A stretch of DNA of 64,000 nucleotides from Tubiluchus corallicola (taxonomy: Eukaryota > Animalia > Priapulida), in assembly GCA_030141605.1 (NCBI GenBank), contig JAQGDQ010000459.1, positions 118,668 to 182,667 on the forward strand, in the 5' to 3' direction. Positions 1-21,326 of this stretch are shown here, piece by piece (position 1 is the stretch's first letter; each line of letters opens with the position of its first letter). The position numbers and the translations under genes are program-made. The notes below the pieces were generated by a model. It saw only the letters and a program-made list of their open reading frames with translations. It did not search any database and was not told where the DNA came from.

Positions 1-465
1 CGTTCAGTGGTGGGTGTAGTAGGCATATTTAGCATTTACGAGAGGGCCACGGCGTCCCGCAACTGGCATTTTCCCGGACCCAGCTCGCGATTTTTTCAAA
101 ATTTTGGTCAAACAGCCTGCAGAAAAAACGTTCTAGTGGCGCCTGGTCGGACTCTCGGAAGGAGATATACGGCTCTTTAGAAAGAGGAAGAACAGGACTA
201 CACGATGATGTAGGCTATATTTTCGGATACGTCCGCCAAAAGGAGTATCGTCGAGTTAATTAGATGTTCTATTTTTGGCAATTTTCGCTTGGAAAACTGC
301 TGACGCAAAGCCATTGTTCTGACGTCATCCATTATACTTTGCTTATAACTTTAATTCAGTAAAAACTACTGGCTTTGCGTTGTAAGTAAGGACTGTGTAG
401 GATGTTCACGTATTATTGATGATAAGTGTATTTATACGCAAAATTCTTTGCAGGGCGTTTGCTAG
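1..465 (+). mobile_element. Non-autonomous Helitron-like repeat, copy 1 (5' end outside the window)
   Basis: Colinear with 35803-36196. Ends in CTAG|T (462-465), preceded by a short hairpin (gcaaa-attc-tttgc), as expected for a Helitron 3' end. Confidence 0.55.
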
Positions 466-1140
466 TAGAATTATTATTCTTATTGGTAGCAGTAGTAGCA
501 GTAGTAAAATGAACCTACAAAATTTTTAACAAATTTTGCAATGCTGCTTTACAAAAATTTGAAAAATCACTTGGTTGTTTACTGTGCACTAACGTTTGGC
601 CGAGGCAATACGTAATTTATGCTAAAAATAGGACACTGCTCAAACAACAGTGAAAATTTAGTAAAGGGTGACAAGCACAATTTTTAATAACAACCAAAAA
701 TCATCAGTAAAAGATCGCACAGTAGCTGAATTAATTTTTTTTTATTTCCCAAAATTCTCACTCCACCTAGGCCAGTGTTAATATCAGCCATTTATTTTGT
801 TTCTATAGTGTTGGTTTAAACTCATTGTTAGTCTTATAATGTAATCTTTGGTCTTGTAGACTAAAATTATCTTGTATTTCCATAAAAAATAAACGTATTG
901 TTGCTATATTGTATCATGTTTTTAATTTTATGACTGGTCGGGACCTTTCTCTCTCCAACGCAATGAGTAATAATTGGTAAAACAAACTGCAATGGCTTAT
1001 AGAAGATTCACAGACATAATTAACTAATGAACAAGGAACATTTATCGTAGAATTGCGGGATAGAACTTTTAACAATTCTGGGAAATAGAATGTAATTGGA
1101 ACACAAATCCCAATTGTCTTCTTCACAATTTGGTAGAAGT

Positions 1141-1164
1141 AAAGATAGAGAGAGGGAATGAGAA

Positions 1165-1216
<52 letters not shown>

Positions 1217-1232
1217 CGAGAAAGAGAGAGAT

Positions 1233-1279
<47 letters not shown>

Positions 1280-1304
1280 AAGAGAAAGAGAGAGATAGAG
1301 AGAA

Positions 1305-1340
<36 letters not shown>

Positions 1341-1360
1341 GAAGAGAGAGATAGAGAGAA

Positions 1361-1393
<33 letters not shown>

Positions 1394-1516
1394 AAGAAAA
1401 AGAGAGAGATAGACAGAAAGAGAGAGAGAGAGAGAAAGAGAGAGATAGAGAGAAAGAGAGAGAGAGACAGAGAGAGAAAGAGAGAGAGAGAAAGAGAAAG
1501 AGAGAGATAGAGAGAA

Positions 1517-1577
<61 letters not shown>

Positions 1578-1683
1578 GAGAGAGGGAGAGAGAGGGAGGG
1601 AGAGAGAGAGGGGCAGAGAGAAAGTGAGTGAGTGAGAGATAAAGTGAGTGGGAGAGAGAGAGAAAGGAAAAGAGAGGTAACGT

Positions 1684-1723
<40 letters not shown>

Positions 1724-1800
1724 GGAAATAGAGAGAGAGAGCGAAAATGAAGAGAGAGAGAAACAGGGAAAGAAAAAAGAAAGGGACAGAAAGGGAGAGG

Positions 1801-1853
<53 letters not shown>

Positions 1854-1893
1854 AGAGGGAGAAACAGGGAAAGAAAGGGACAGAAAGGGAGAG
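1141..1893. repeat. (GA)n microsatellite, left part; continues at 3381-3690 after a LINE insertion
   Basis: Directly visible GA tract; source of the spurious SLSL/RERE ORFs. Confidence 0.97.
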
Positions 1894-3380
1894 GGATTCA
1901 ATCTGATATTCGCCTTTTTGCAGACGATACGGTTTTAATGGATTCGTTAGAGGATAACCCACATACATCAGCAAATCGCTTAAAGGCAGATCTCAGAATA
2001 ATTGAAAACTGGGCCAAACGTTGGTTGGTTAAATTTAATCCAAATAAGACCAAAGTCATGCTTTTCTCCCGTAAATCCAATGCTCCTCAATATCCTACTC
2101 TGTATTTATCTAATACTCCACTGAAAACTGCAAATGTTCACAAACACTTAGGTATCCATCTTTCATCTGACCTGAACTGGAATTATCACGTCGCAAAAAT
2201 GGTAGACAAAACAAATTCAAAGCTAAACAACTTTCGACGCGTGTCAGTTAATATGCCCAGAGCTACGCGGGAACGATTATTCATTACGGCTATTCTCCCT
2301 GCCATCGAATATGGTAACGTAGTATGGTCAGGATGCAGTGAAAACAGTATACGTTTGTTAGAAAATATTCAGCTAACTGCTGCTAGAATCTGTTCTGGCG
2401 CTGTGTTTCGATCTTCCCCTGCAAGTATCTTGTCTGATAGCGGCTTCACTAAATTAGTGACACGCTTCCATTATCTTTTTTTCTATGTCTATGTCTTTTT
2501 TTCAAAATAATCAATGACTTAGTGCCCCACTATTTAAGTGTAATTCTGCCGCCAAAGGTAAACGAAGTTACCCCCTATTATATACGCAGTGGTACTAAAT
2601 ACAGAAATTATAATTGCCGTTCTGTTAGCTGTGAAAAATCGTTTTTCATATCGACCATTAATATGTGGAACAACTTACCACAGAACATTCGTGAAATTAC
2701 ATCCATTTCACAATTCAAACAAGAGCTCAAATCTCATGTAAGTTTTTCGTTGCGTAAGAAACATTTTTCCTTTGGTAAACCTCCAATATCAGTGCATCAT
2801 ACGCGCATGAGAATCGGATTTTCTCAGCTAAACTATGACCTTTTCTCTAAAGGCTGTAAAGATAATAACGGTCATCCAATATTGCCGAATTGTAACTGTG
2901 GATTTCGATTTGAGTCTGTTGAACACTTTTTGTTGCACTGCCTATTGTATCAACTAGCTAGGGTTGTTATGTTTGATAAATTAAATGAAATACTTCTGCT
3001 CGAAAACATTAATATAGCTGCCTTAGGAAATAATGATCTGTTGAAGTTGTTATTACTCGGAGAAGATGAATTTAACTATGTTACTGACTGTAAAATATTC
3101 CAATGTATACATGACTTTATATTATGTACTAAACGCTTCCAGTAGTTTCTATCTGATATAAAATGCATCAGTCTTAAATAATCGTACATTAATACTTTCT
3201 AACCGTCATTTTCTACTAATGTCTAATGTAATCTTGTTGTAAAACTTGTCAGCTTGTGTAGTTATAGTCTATTCTTACTGTAAATGTTCTTGTAAATAGT
3301 GTATAAAGTCTGTTGTGGTGAGGATCCTAAATCATGTTGTTCAAACTGTCTGATCCGATCCTAAATAAATATGTTTAAAC
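1894..3380 (+). mobile_element. 5'-truncated non-LTR retrotransposon (CR1-like ORF2 3' half) with one frameshift
   Basis: RT motif RLFADDT at ~1911-1931, WLVKFNPNKT, HKHLG, WNNLP and a C-terminal CNC..HFLLHC finger. AATAAA at ~3364. 10-bp TSD aaagggagag at 1884-1893 and 3381-3390. Confidence 0.9.
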
Positions 3381-3699
3381 AAAGGGAGAGCGAAAGAGGG
3401 GGAGAAAGAGAGGAGAAAGAGACAACAAAGAGAGAAGAAAGAGAGAAAGTGAGTGAGTGAGAGAGAGATGGAGAAAGAGAGGAGAGGGAGAAAGGGAGAG
3501 AGAGAGGGAGAGAAAGAGACAGGGAGAGACAGGGAGAGACAGGGAGAGAATGGGAGAGAGAGAGAAGAAAGAGAGAAAGTGACTGAGTGAGAGACAGGGA
3601 GAAAGAAAGAAGAAAGAGAGAAAGGGATTGAGTGAGAGAGAGAAAGTGAGTGGGAGAGAGAGAGAGAGAGAGAAAGAGATAAAGAGATTTGATTTACTT

Positions 3700-5460
3700 C
3701 CTTATTTCAAACTTTATTTCATATATATACAACAAAAATTCAAATAAACAACACAAAGCACGCAAAGTAAACATAACACAAAACAACATTACAAATAATA
3801 ATAATAATAACATTCGCATTGGCTTCAATCATTATATCAAAGAATATCAACAATGGAAAAATTAAGCATACAATTTCATTCTCCAAATCTTTCTTATACT
3901 GGAAGTAAATAAAGTATCACTAGCAAATATCGTTCTACACAACAAGTTTTTACTTTGTGAAATTCTAGTATCCAGACTGTAAATGCTTTTCCTATAAATA
4001 ACATCAAAGTACACTAATTTATGTGTCACAGAAATGTCGTTGGCACTGTGATCGAACTGGTAATTGAAAATTTTTTCGCATTGATTTATTAAGAGCAACC
4101 TTAAGTTTGTTCAGATTATAATTATGAAAATGCCGCCAGGTAGTAGAAGCTATTACAATAAGTATTGAATAGACGTGTTTTACAGCATTGGTGCAATAGT
4201 AAAATTTACGGCACAACTTATTTGCTCGAGAGTAATAAATGCCTACTTGCCCTATGATATCTAGATCGTCTCTGTTGTCCCTAGAAATGATGTGACCAAG
4301 ATATTTTTCATTATCACAAGGCTCAATAACAAATCCAGCTAACTTAACTTTTGCGAACTCAAAGTTGCTCATAATGGAAGATGTTATAGTCAGAAGCTTA
4401 GTTTTGTCAACATTAATTAAAATATCAAATTTTGCTGCACAATCAACATATATATCACATAATTTCTTCAGAGCAGTTGTCGTGGTACTTAATAGGCAAA
4501 TATCATCAGCATATGTCAAATGATTCTAATAAATATCTGCAATTTGACATCCAAGGTTACTAGAGGCAGGATTTTCACTAAGTTCTCTAAAGTAGAAGTT
4601 AAACAGAAGAGGGGACATCTTTCCTCCCTGCCGTACACCATAGCCAACTTTAAAAATCTCAGAGTTATAATTGCCCCATCTCACCAGCATGCCTTGATGG
4701 GTGTAATAAAAAACAAGTAAACGAACAACAACATTTGGCATCTCAGTTTCAATGAATTTTAAAAGCAGTTTAAAATAATTAATTCTATCGAAGGCTTTGG
4801 AGGCTTCTAAAAACATTATATGTACAGTACTCTGGCGGTCTATATAATAGTCTACTACTTCTTTTATCATGTTAATACATAAGTCAGTACCCAAATTCTC
4901 CACATAACCAAACTGGTTGGGTGTGGCAGGTAAACAATCAGCATAACGAGTCAATACAACAATTTCTAAAAGTTTACTTGAGACAGAAGATAAAGCGATG
5001 GGTCTGAAGTCATTTCTGTCTGTTGTGTCTCTATTTTTGTCTTTAATAAGTGGTACAATTACTGATAACATTAGTGAGTCTGGTAAGAAACAATGAGTGA
5101 TACAAGAGTTATAAAACAATGAGAACAAAACTGGTACCACGTGAGAGGCATATCTAAAATGCTCTGACTTGAGACTGTCTGGTCCAGCTGACCTATTCAA
5201 TGCTAGCTTTTTAATGGCTTGCTGTACCTCAACTCCCGTAAATTTGTTAATTTCATTGACGTTTCCAGACAGTGCTTCATGTAATTTATTGGCAAGATTA
5301 CTGTTATCAACAGAGTTAAGAAGATTCTGATAATGATCACCCCACATGTCACAAATTGCCTTTTCGCCTACTACGTCGCCAATTTTTGGTGGAAGTGGCA
5401 TTTTTAAGTTGGTTTCTTTTTTGATCTGAGCCCAGAACTGATATGAGCTGCAGTTCATAA
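3700..5460 (-). mobile_element. 5'-truncated, degenerate non-LTR retrotransposon ORF2 (RT domain, RTEX-like)
   Basis: ORFs 4526-5458 and 4019-4519 contain FRPIAL, ASKAFD, GVRQGGKMSPLLF, YADD and KYLG. Broken by stops and frameshifts; AATAAA near 3715 on the minus strand. Confidence 0.88.
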
Positions 5461-5523
5461 GTCTATATGCAATTTTGTTCCTGGCTACTTGTGTCTATTA
5501 TGGGAAACTTCAGCTTCCAACGT

Positions 5524-14549
<9,026 letters not shown>

Positions 14550-14984
14550 TTTCACCAGTTTTCACTTTTTAATTATCTGTTAAAAGTAATTGCGAATGAA
14601 TACAGCCAGTAGCATCAACAGTAGCAGCAGCAGCAGCAGTAGTAGTAATAACTATTTGTTAAATGTAAATTTATTTTCTCATCTTTTCATTAATTATTGT
14701 TCAGTTTTCAGAGCTTATTGTTGAAATATAAAGCCACGTGATAGTCATTTATTTGTTACAGTGCCATTTACATACAAATCAGACCTGCTTGGGACGCGAA
14801 AGAAACATGCAAATAATACAGTTAAAATCTTTATTTCTCCTACATGGGCAACGTACCTAGGTTTGTGGGGCGAGGTTTTCAACTGTTGCTCTTCCACCTT
14901 GCTAATTTTCGATTATCTTACTATTAAAGGAAGACACGATGATTTTCATATACTTCCCTATTTTTAATCCCAATAAAAAGTATA

Positions 14985-15436
14985 CTTTTAAACACAATTA
15001 ATTCTGCAAAAGCGTTTCTGATAACAAAATAATGGAGTAAAATCTTAATTAACGGTGGGCGAGTCCAACTACTGATGACATCACAAACAAACAATTTTCA
15101 ACAGGAAAAATATTCCACGAGGGTATTACACGTGTTTGCATAAGCGAAAATTGAAGTACAGTGCTACTGTCACAACTAACACATCTGAACTGAGAGGTAC
15201 AGCACCTGTTTTTGTGCAGTGCGTTTTCGAAATGCAGGCGCTAGTACCCGTCTAACTAGCGAATGGCGAAATGCATGAAACAGATAAGAACTAGCCGTGT
15301 CAACGTGAAATTGCGTTTGTGTGGTAATAATTCTTTCACGTAAGTCATTTTTGAAAAAAAAATAGAATGTTTCCTTTCAATATTTTAAAGAGTGGATTGT
15401 TCTGACTTACAGTTTAAGATTTGGTCCGGTTTTGCT
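14985..15436 (-). mobile_element. Dispersed repeat family A (Kolobok-like, TTAA-bounded); other copies at 17758-18021(-), ~25035-25510(+) and ~46635-47125(+)
   Basis: Shared core aaatgacttacgtgaaagaattattaccacacaaacgcaatttc...tagacgggcactagcgcctgcat in four places. The terminus abuts TTAA in three copies. Confidence 0.75.
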
Positions 15437-15685
15437 TAAAGGAAACTAGTTCAAATCTAACAGTAAGCAATTTTTTACAAACTTTAAGCATTATGATTAC
15501 AGCAACTCTCCACAAATGTGGTGCCGAAAGAGCTTAAAGAACACGCAGTTAAATTTTTTAAGGCATTAGTCCAATTTGTTTGCTTCAAAATTGTTCAAGA
15601 TAACTCTGTCTTGGCTGCGTTACCGTTCCGTGTATTAATAGGTTTATTTTCAGCTTTCGAAATTTACAGCTGAATAGAGTCTACA

Positions 15686-15813
15686 TTGAGAGGGTGCCTA
15701 TATATATATTCTTCCCTTGAGAGGGTGCCTATATATATATATATATTCTTCCCTTGAAAGGGTGCCTATATATATATATATATATATATACATATATATA
15801 TTCTTCTCTTGAG
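15686..15813. repeat. Minisatellite ttgagagggtgcc(ta)nttcttccc, ~3.5 copies
   Basis: Directly visible tandem units with variable TA length. Confidence 0.85.
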
Positions 15814-18030
15814 ATTTTTGTAGTTAAATTTAATTGCATTAATTGCACTTACATTGTTTTTTGCTTAATTTGCATCATACATAATTTGCGATACGTTTTT
15901 ATATAGGTCCAACGAAAATAAGATCATAAAGGTTGTAAAAATTTTCCATACCATACTATAGTTTACTATGTATACTATATATACTAAACAATTGTATATA
16001 CCATACTATATCATACTGAATTTTGACTTATACGAGCACGTATAATTTGACCTGATCAAATATTGACACTATTACAACCCTGTAGGCATCAGCGGTATTT
16101 AGTAATTTACATTTGTAAAAACGCTCAACGAAAATAAGGCTAAAAGTTGGTAAACCTCTATATTATAGATGCATTATTTTAGCTTGCAGGATCACCTCAA
16201 TTGATTTGACATCCTAAAATACTGACACGGTTTCAACCTCGTTAGCATTACCGGTATTTAGTAATGGAAAACATAGTTCAGAATTCATATAAAATTTATA
16301 CTGTAATATATACGTGTTTCTGTTTCGACACACTACCTGTCAGTTGGTCTAAATTTAAAGTAAAAGCCATGTCTCTCGGCAAGCTGAACTTATCTTAATA
16401 TGTTAGAAAGTTTCAGCAATAAAAATGTGGTAAGCATCTCGTGTAATTAGTAAAAACAATTTAAAGTCGTGGTTACTTTACGCTTGTGCGTGCTCATTTC
16501 AGACGAAAAATGACGTCATCTGGTTTCCGTGTAATATAAACACTTATCCCACCAGCTGCTTCAGAATCCTTTTTAACTTATAGAGCGAATTCTATAAACT
16601 AAGTAACCAGCCCGGTACCTACTACGTGCTGGCAAGTTTACATGAGTATCTAAAAGTCAACAAAAACCTGTAAATTAATTATTTACACAATTAATGTTAA
16701 TTACTTTCAGATTTTAAAATGTAATCCTGTAGATTAAAGCAAAGTAACCACTTTAAATTTGGTCATAATTGATTGAATGACTAATTTTTAAATTAACAGT
16801 TAAACACAATATTAGAATAACAGAACTTCTAAGCAAACTGTAGAAATTTCTCATCGCGTACCTTCACACAGCTTGCCATCACGGCATTCACGCTGCCCAG
16901 CAGACACCAGCTTACGTCATTTTTTTCAAATATGGCGGCAGCATCGTTCGTATGGCAGGGGATAAAACATATTTAAATTTCTTTTATATTTCTAAGCAAA
17001 ACATTCTATGCGCATATGTTGTATTGTGATTTCAATATTTTTAATTATACATTAAAATGCAATAAATGTTGTTCAAGGTTGGTTCTTCCTTTAAAAATTT
17101 GCAATAAAGTCAACTCTAGTCAGTTTTTAGTAGGTGATTCGTCCCTGATTTATGCAGGTTTTCGGATTATATTTTGAAATTGTCTAGGTGCCTCTTATTC
17201 ACAATCCATTCATCATCTTATGTGTAATAGCGTAGTTTGTCCTTCTGTTCTTCTAATAAGTTGCTTGCAGTATATATGGCTGATGTGGATTTATAAGTTT
17301 GTCCTAAAGACCCACCTCCGCGTGCTACAAATACGGCTACGGTAACAGCAGTGATCAGTTCAGTCTAAAAATTCACCTCCAGTATAAATTTTTATACTGT
17401 ACTTATGTAATTAATTAAAACCTCCTTGTTTTTAATTATAAATTCTTTTTCTTGCAACAATGAACAAACATTAAAGCATTTCCCAATGACAACAAATGAT
17501 TTGTGATTATCTTTCTTTTAGTAGTATGTTAATCGTATAATTATAAGTAGTAATTTTGAATAAGTATAAAATCTACGAGAAACAAGCGACGATAATTAGA
17601 CGAGCGCCATCTAGGCGTTACAAAACGAAGTTTTCGTGTTTAAAACTTCACCAGAAGCTCCATCATTAGTCCAACTTTAATAAAACGATCTTTATCAATG
17701 TTTTTGAAAGCATCTACAATGATCCAAGAGAAATTTTGCAAGCCAGTATAAGCCACTACTGCCTGTCTAACACAGCACCTAGTACAGCACTTGTTTTTTG
17801 TGCAATCCGTTTCTGAAATGCAGGCGCTAGTGCCCGTCTAACTAGCAAATGGTGAAATGCATGTAACAGCGAAGAACTAGTGACGCGAACATGAAATTGT
17901 GTTTGTGTAGTAATAATTCTTTCACGTAAGTCATTTTTGAAAAAAAATAGTAAGTTTCCTTTCAATATTTTAAAGAGTAGGTTGTTTTGAGCAACAGATT
18001 AAGATTGTGTCCAATTTTGCTTTAAATTAA

Positions 18031-18573
18031 AGGAATACTGGACGATTGTTTAGACTCAATCTCATTCTAATTTTACTGTCCAAAATATACATTGTCTTGC
18101 CCATAAAAGTTAACAATTGTTCGTTATATTTGAAAAATTAGCTTTGAAAGTTAATTAACGGCAACGGAACTCGGCTATTGCTTACGTTAGAAACTAACAA
18201 CAGTTGATCAATGGCATGCATCTTCCCTTGCACGTCAAGCACGTTTGTGTTAGTGTTACTGCTTAAACGCGTGATGTCACGAAAATGGGCTCTATATCAT
18301 ATGACGTCAGAAACTAACACTGCAGTTCATGATCATGGTTATCACGGTGCCGCCTTCTATTTGTCGGCCACGCGAATGTGACAAAAAGGCGCCGTTGCCA
18401 ATCCTAGTAGATTCACTGAGCCTCGCGTAGCTTTCAAATTTTAACGAAACTTGAGTATCCGAGGTAATTATTATTTAATCTAAGCTTTGGTTTAAAATAA
18501 ACTATTGTAGTTTTCAATATTTTAGAGAATTCTTTATTCTGAACTCGTGTTTACACAATCATCCGGTTTTCCT
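18031..18573. mobile_element. Kolobok-like MITE with TTAA target duplication
   Basis: ttaa|aggaatactggacgattgtttagac ... gtttacacaatcatccggttttcct|ttaa: imperfect ~25-bp TIRs beginning AGG. An inverted end fragment recurs at ~53332-53435. Confidence 0.75.
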
Positions 18574-19412
18574 TTAAACATCCGAAAATTCTTGGCAATT
18601 TAATATAATTACCTCCGCAGAAGTATAAGTTATATACATCGGTATGTCCTCACAGTAAGCGATATGAGCGCAGCTTAATCTGCTAGGCACAGCTGATGCC
18701 ACGTTATCCTAAGACACCACAAGCACTAAGCAAAGCAGCGCGTATATATAAGGAGAAGGCAAAGCTCTGCATTACTTCTTCTTACTTCTTCTTAGCTTTT
18801 TGGACGCCGCTTTCTTTACTTGAGCAAGCGGCTTGGAAAATAGAATAAAACCTTATTTGTTTATTTAATATTTATGTAATTATTATTTAGTAAAACCTAC
18901 AGTTTCATTTAATATTTCAATTGTTGTACCTAACTTTAGGTTAAAGAATTTGATTGGAGGTAATGGACTACGTTCAAGTGTACTGTATAAAATCATCCAA
19001 TGAATCACACGTCCAGGGACATGATTCTGCTCACCTCCCTATGCCAGGACTCTCTGCTTGCCGCAAAGCCCCAAGTGGATTTATTTCTAAGGATCATTGC
19101 TAAAGTGTTTAAATCCTTCTGTGCAAAATCTAAATATTTGACCTCCTGCAGGTTTTTTAGCTGGTTCTATCTGTTGTTGGAAAGCTATCTTCACTGTTCT
19201 TAAACAGGCTGTTGCAGTGGGTGGACGTATTTTTTCAGCTCCGCAATTTAAGTGAAATTTAAACGCGTAAAAGTTCGTGAGCTTGACGAAACAAATAGCA
19301 GCTAGACAACGACGCAAGAGTAATTTGTAATCGCTGTATTGTGCAAAACTTGAACCTTTTAAGGCAGTGCAGGTTAGTAGGCCTGCTGTGTGATAACTTG
19401 CATTGTAACTTA

Positions 19413-19920
19413 GTTGTTGTAGTTGTTGGCATCCTTCTGTCTCGGAAGACAATGGAATGTGCGCCAAGAGAGTCCGATCCTTGAACGTCTCCAGGGCACA
19501 CGCATGGGCAAGGTGTATGGAGATCCTGAGTTGCCCAGACCGCAGGAACCCCCTCTCTTCCTCTCTGGTGTAGTCCAAAGGAAAGCGGAGCGATACGTTT
19601 GGCACCAGGTTGACTGTAGGAGCTGCCGGTGTCAGTGAGCATGCTGTACTGGTCCGCCTTCGGGGCTCCACTCCTGATTTGGAAGGTTTACTCCTCTACA
19701 CATGGCCGTTGGGTCACTTGACCTCCTCCGCCCTCTAGCCGTTGGCTGTTTGGACAGGTCCTCCGCCTAGTGTCGAGATACAGTGTGGGCATCCCGCAAG
19801 CCTATAGCAGCACCTGGTATTCCTAGGCGGTCACCCATCCAAGCACTAACCAGGCTCTACGTTGCTTGACTTCGGTGAACAGACGAGAACCGGTGTTTTC
19901 AACGTGATTTGGCCTTAGGC
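19413..19920 (-). mobile_element. Full-length 5S-rRNA-derived SINE (SINE3) with RTE-like 5'UTR body and RTE-like 3' tail
   Basis: 19798-19920(-) is a near-complete 5S sequence (GCCTAAGGCC...GGATGGGTGACCGCCTAGGAATACCAGGTG..GGCTT). It is followed by a ~330-bp GC-rich body and a tail ccattgtcttccgagacagaaggatgcc(aac)n. TSD attgtRactta at 19402-19412 and 19921-19931. Confidence 0.85.
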
Positions 19921-20885
19921 ATTGTGACTTAACAAACCTGCAAATATGTCAGGCAGGAAATCTTGTCAATCATGTAAGAAAATTCAAAATCCTGTCAGTC
20001 TGCGGGAAAATGGTGATATACTATGCGACCGTTGTGCAAGCCAGATAGAAAACTCCAGTATTACCTCTGTAATGTGGAGGAATCTAAACAACTGTATTGA
20101 CTCATTAAGTAAAGAAATACAATCGATGAGGGCTGAACTAAAGGAACTAATAATACTGATCTGTCAACTAATCTTACAGAATTAAAAACTGAGATTATAC
20201 AATTTAACGATGAAACACTAAGCATGCAACCAGACGAAGTCATTGATAAACTGAATGATATAGTAAATGCTCTGGACAAGAAAATGAACAATCTCAAGCC
20301 AACATACAGTGCAACGGTAGGCTTAAGTGCTGGTTTAGCAAACAACACAATAGTAAAGAGCAATCATGTAGACAGCACGAAAATGCCATACGATCCTAAT
20401 AATCGCAATAATACACTGCAATAATCGATAACGTTAGAGATCCAGACATAGCTACTAACAGTACCAGTATAAAGAAAAATGCGTGTGAACACTTCCCTCG
20501 CACTAAGTTTGATTCAGCCTTTAGAACTGCGAAAGGCAAGATTCAAATACAGCTTTGCGGTACCGAGACAGCAGATACAATAATAAGGAACTGGAAACCC
20601 TTCTATCTCGGGACAAACACTAACGCGAGATACCCAGTAAAACAATAGCTGGGATTGTTAAGAGACTGTGACACTTCGCTAAGTGATGATGAATTACTGA
20701 CCGATGTTAAACACAGTAGCTGAAATTGAAAGGTTTAAAAGGAAAAGTGGTAAAGTACTTCCTGTAGTAAAGGTTAAGTTTGCATCGGAAGTAGACCTCT
20801 AGACAATGCTGTGAAAAATCGTATACCAATAGGAAACATCATCTGTGGCGTCGAAGTGTTCAACGCTAAACAAAGTACTCTATGA

Positions 20886-21326
20886 TAGGGGTGAGCATCG
20901 AACGTTCGAGTTCGAACATTCGAATCGAATTCGAACGCTCGAATTCGATTCGAACGAGATTTTTTAGTTCGAACTCGATTCGAATCCAAAACTATAGATT
21001 CGAATAATTCAGCACTTCAATCACATATGTTCCTGATCACTAAAACGATTGAAATGTCATGCAATTAACATAATTTAGTTGTGATTTCTGTGCACAACTT
21101 TAAACAAATTACTAGTCGTTTTAATGCGGAACAAAATCTAGTGATATGCATGATCTTTGTAAGACGAATTTTTACTGGTGGTTCGAAAACTAGTTCGAAA
21201 ATCGTTCAATCTCAATTCGAATTCGGTTCGAATTCGAAACACTGAAGTTCAATTCGATTCGAATTCGAAAGTCACAAATTCGGTTCGATTCGAATTCGCT
21301 TTCTGGTAGAGAATGCTCACCTGGTA
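20886..21326. mobile_element. hAT-like MITE rich in TTCGAA repeats, inserted in LINE ORF1
   Basis: Termini taggggtgagcat...atgctcacctggta, with flanking duplication gtactcta(Yga). Removing it restores the LINE reading QSTLRCYTC. Confidence 0.8.

Noticed and set aside
1020-1974. Long ORFs such as SLSLSL, RERE, poly-V/T/C/H/I (also at 6.0, 25.8, 26.9, 30.3, 31.1, 38.2, 48.5, 51.5 and 56.8 kb)
   Set aside because: These are translations of microsatellites with no coding signal.
18645-18901. Possible solo LTR (TG...CA with TATATAA and AATAAA)
   Set aside because: No matching terminal inverted repeat, TSD or second copy in the window.
19087-19671. 194-aa and 127-aa minus-strand ORFs
   Set aside because: They run through the SINE body, tail and TSD into LINE UTR, with no protein motifs.
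19798-19920. Functional 5S rRNA gene
   Set aside because: It has several substitutions and no T-run terminator, is fused to the same body in two copies, and is flanked by a TSD, so it is a SINE head.
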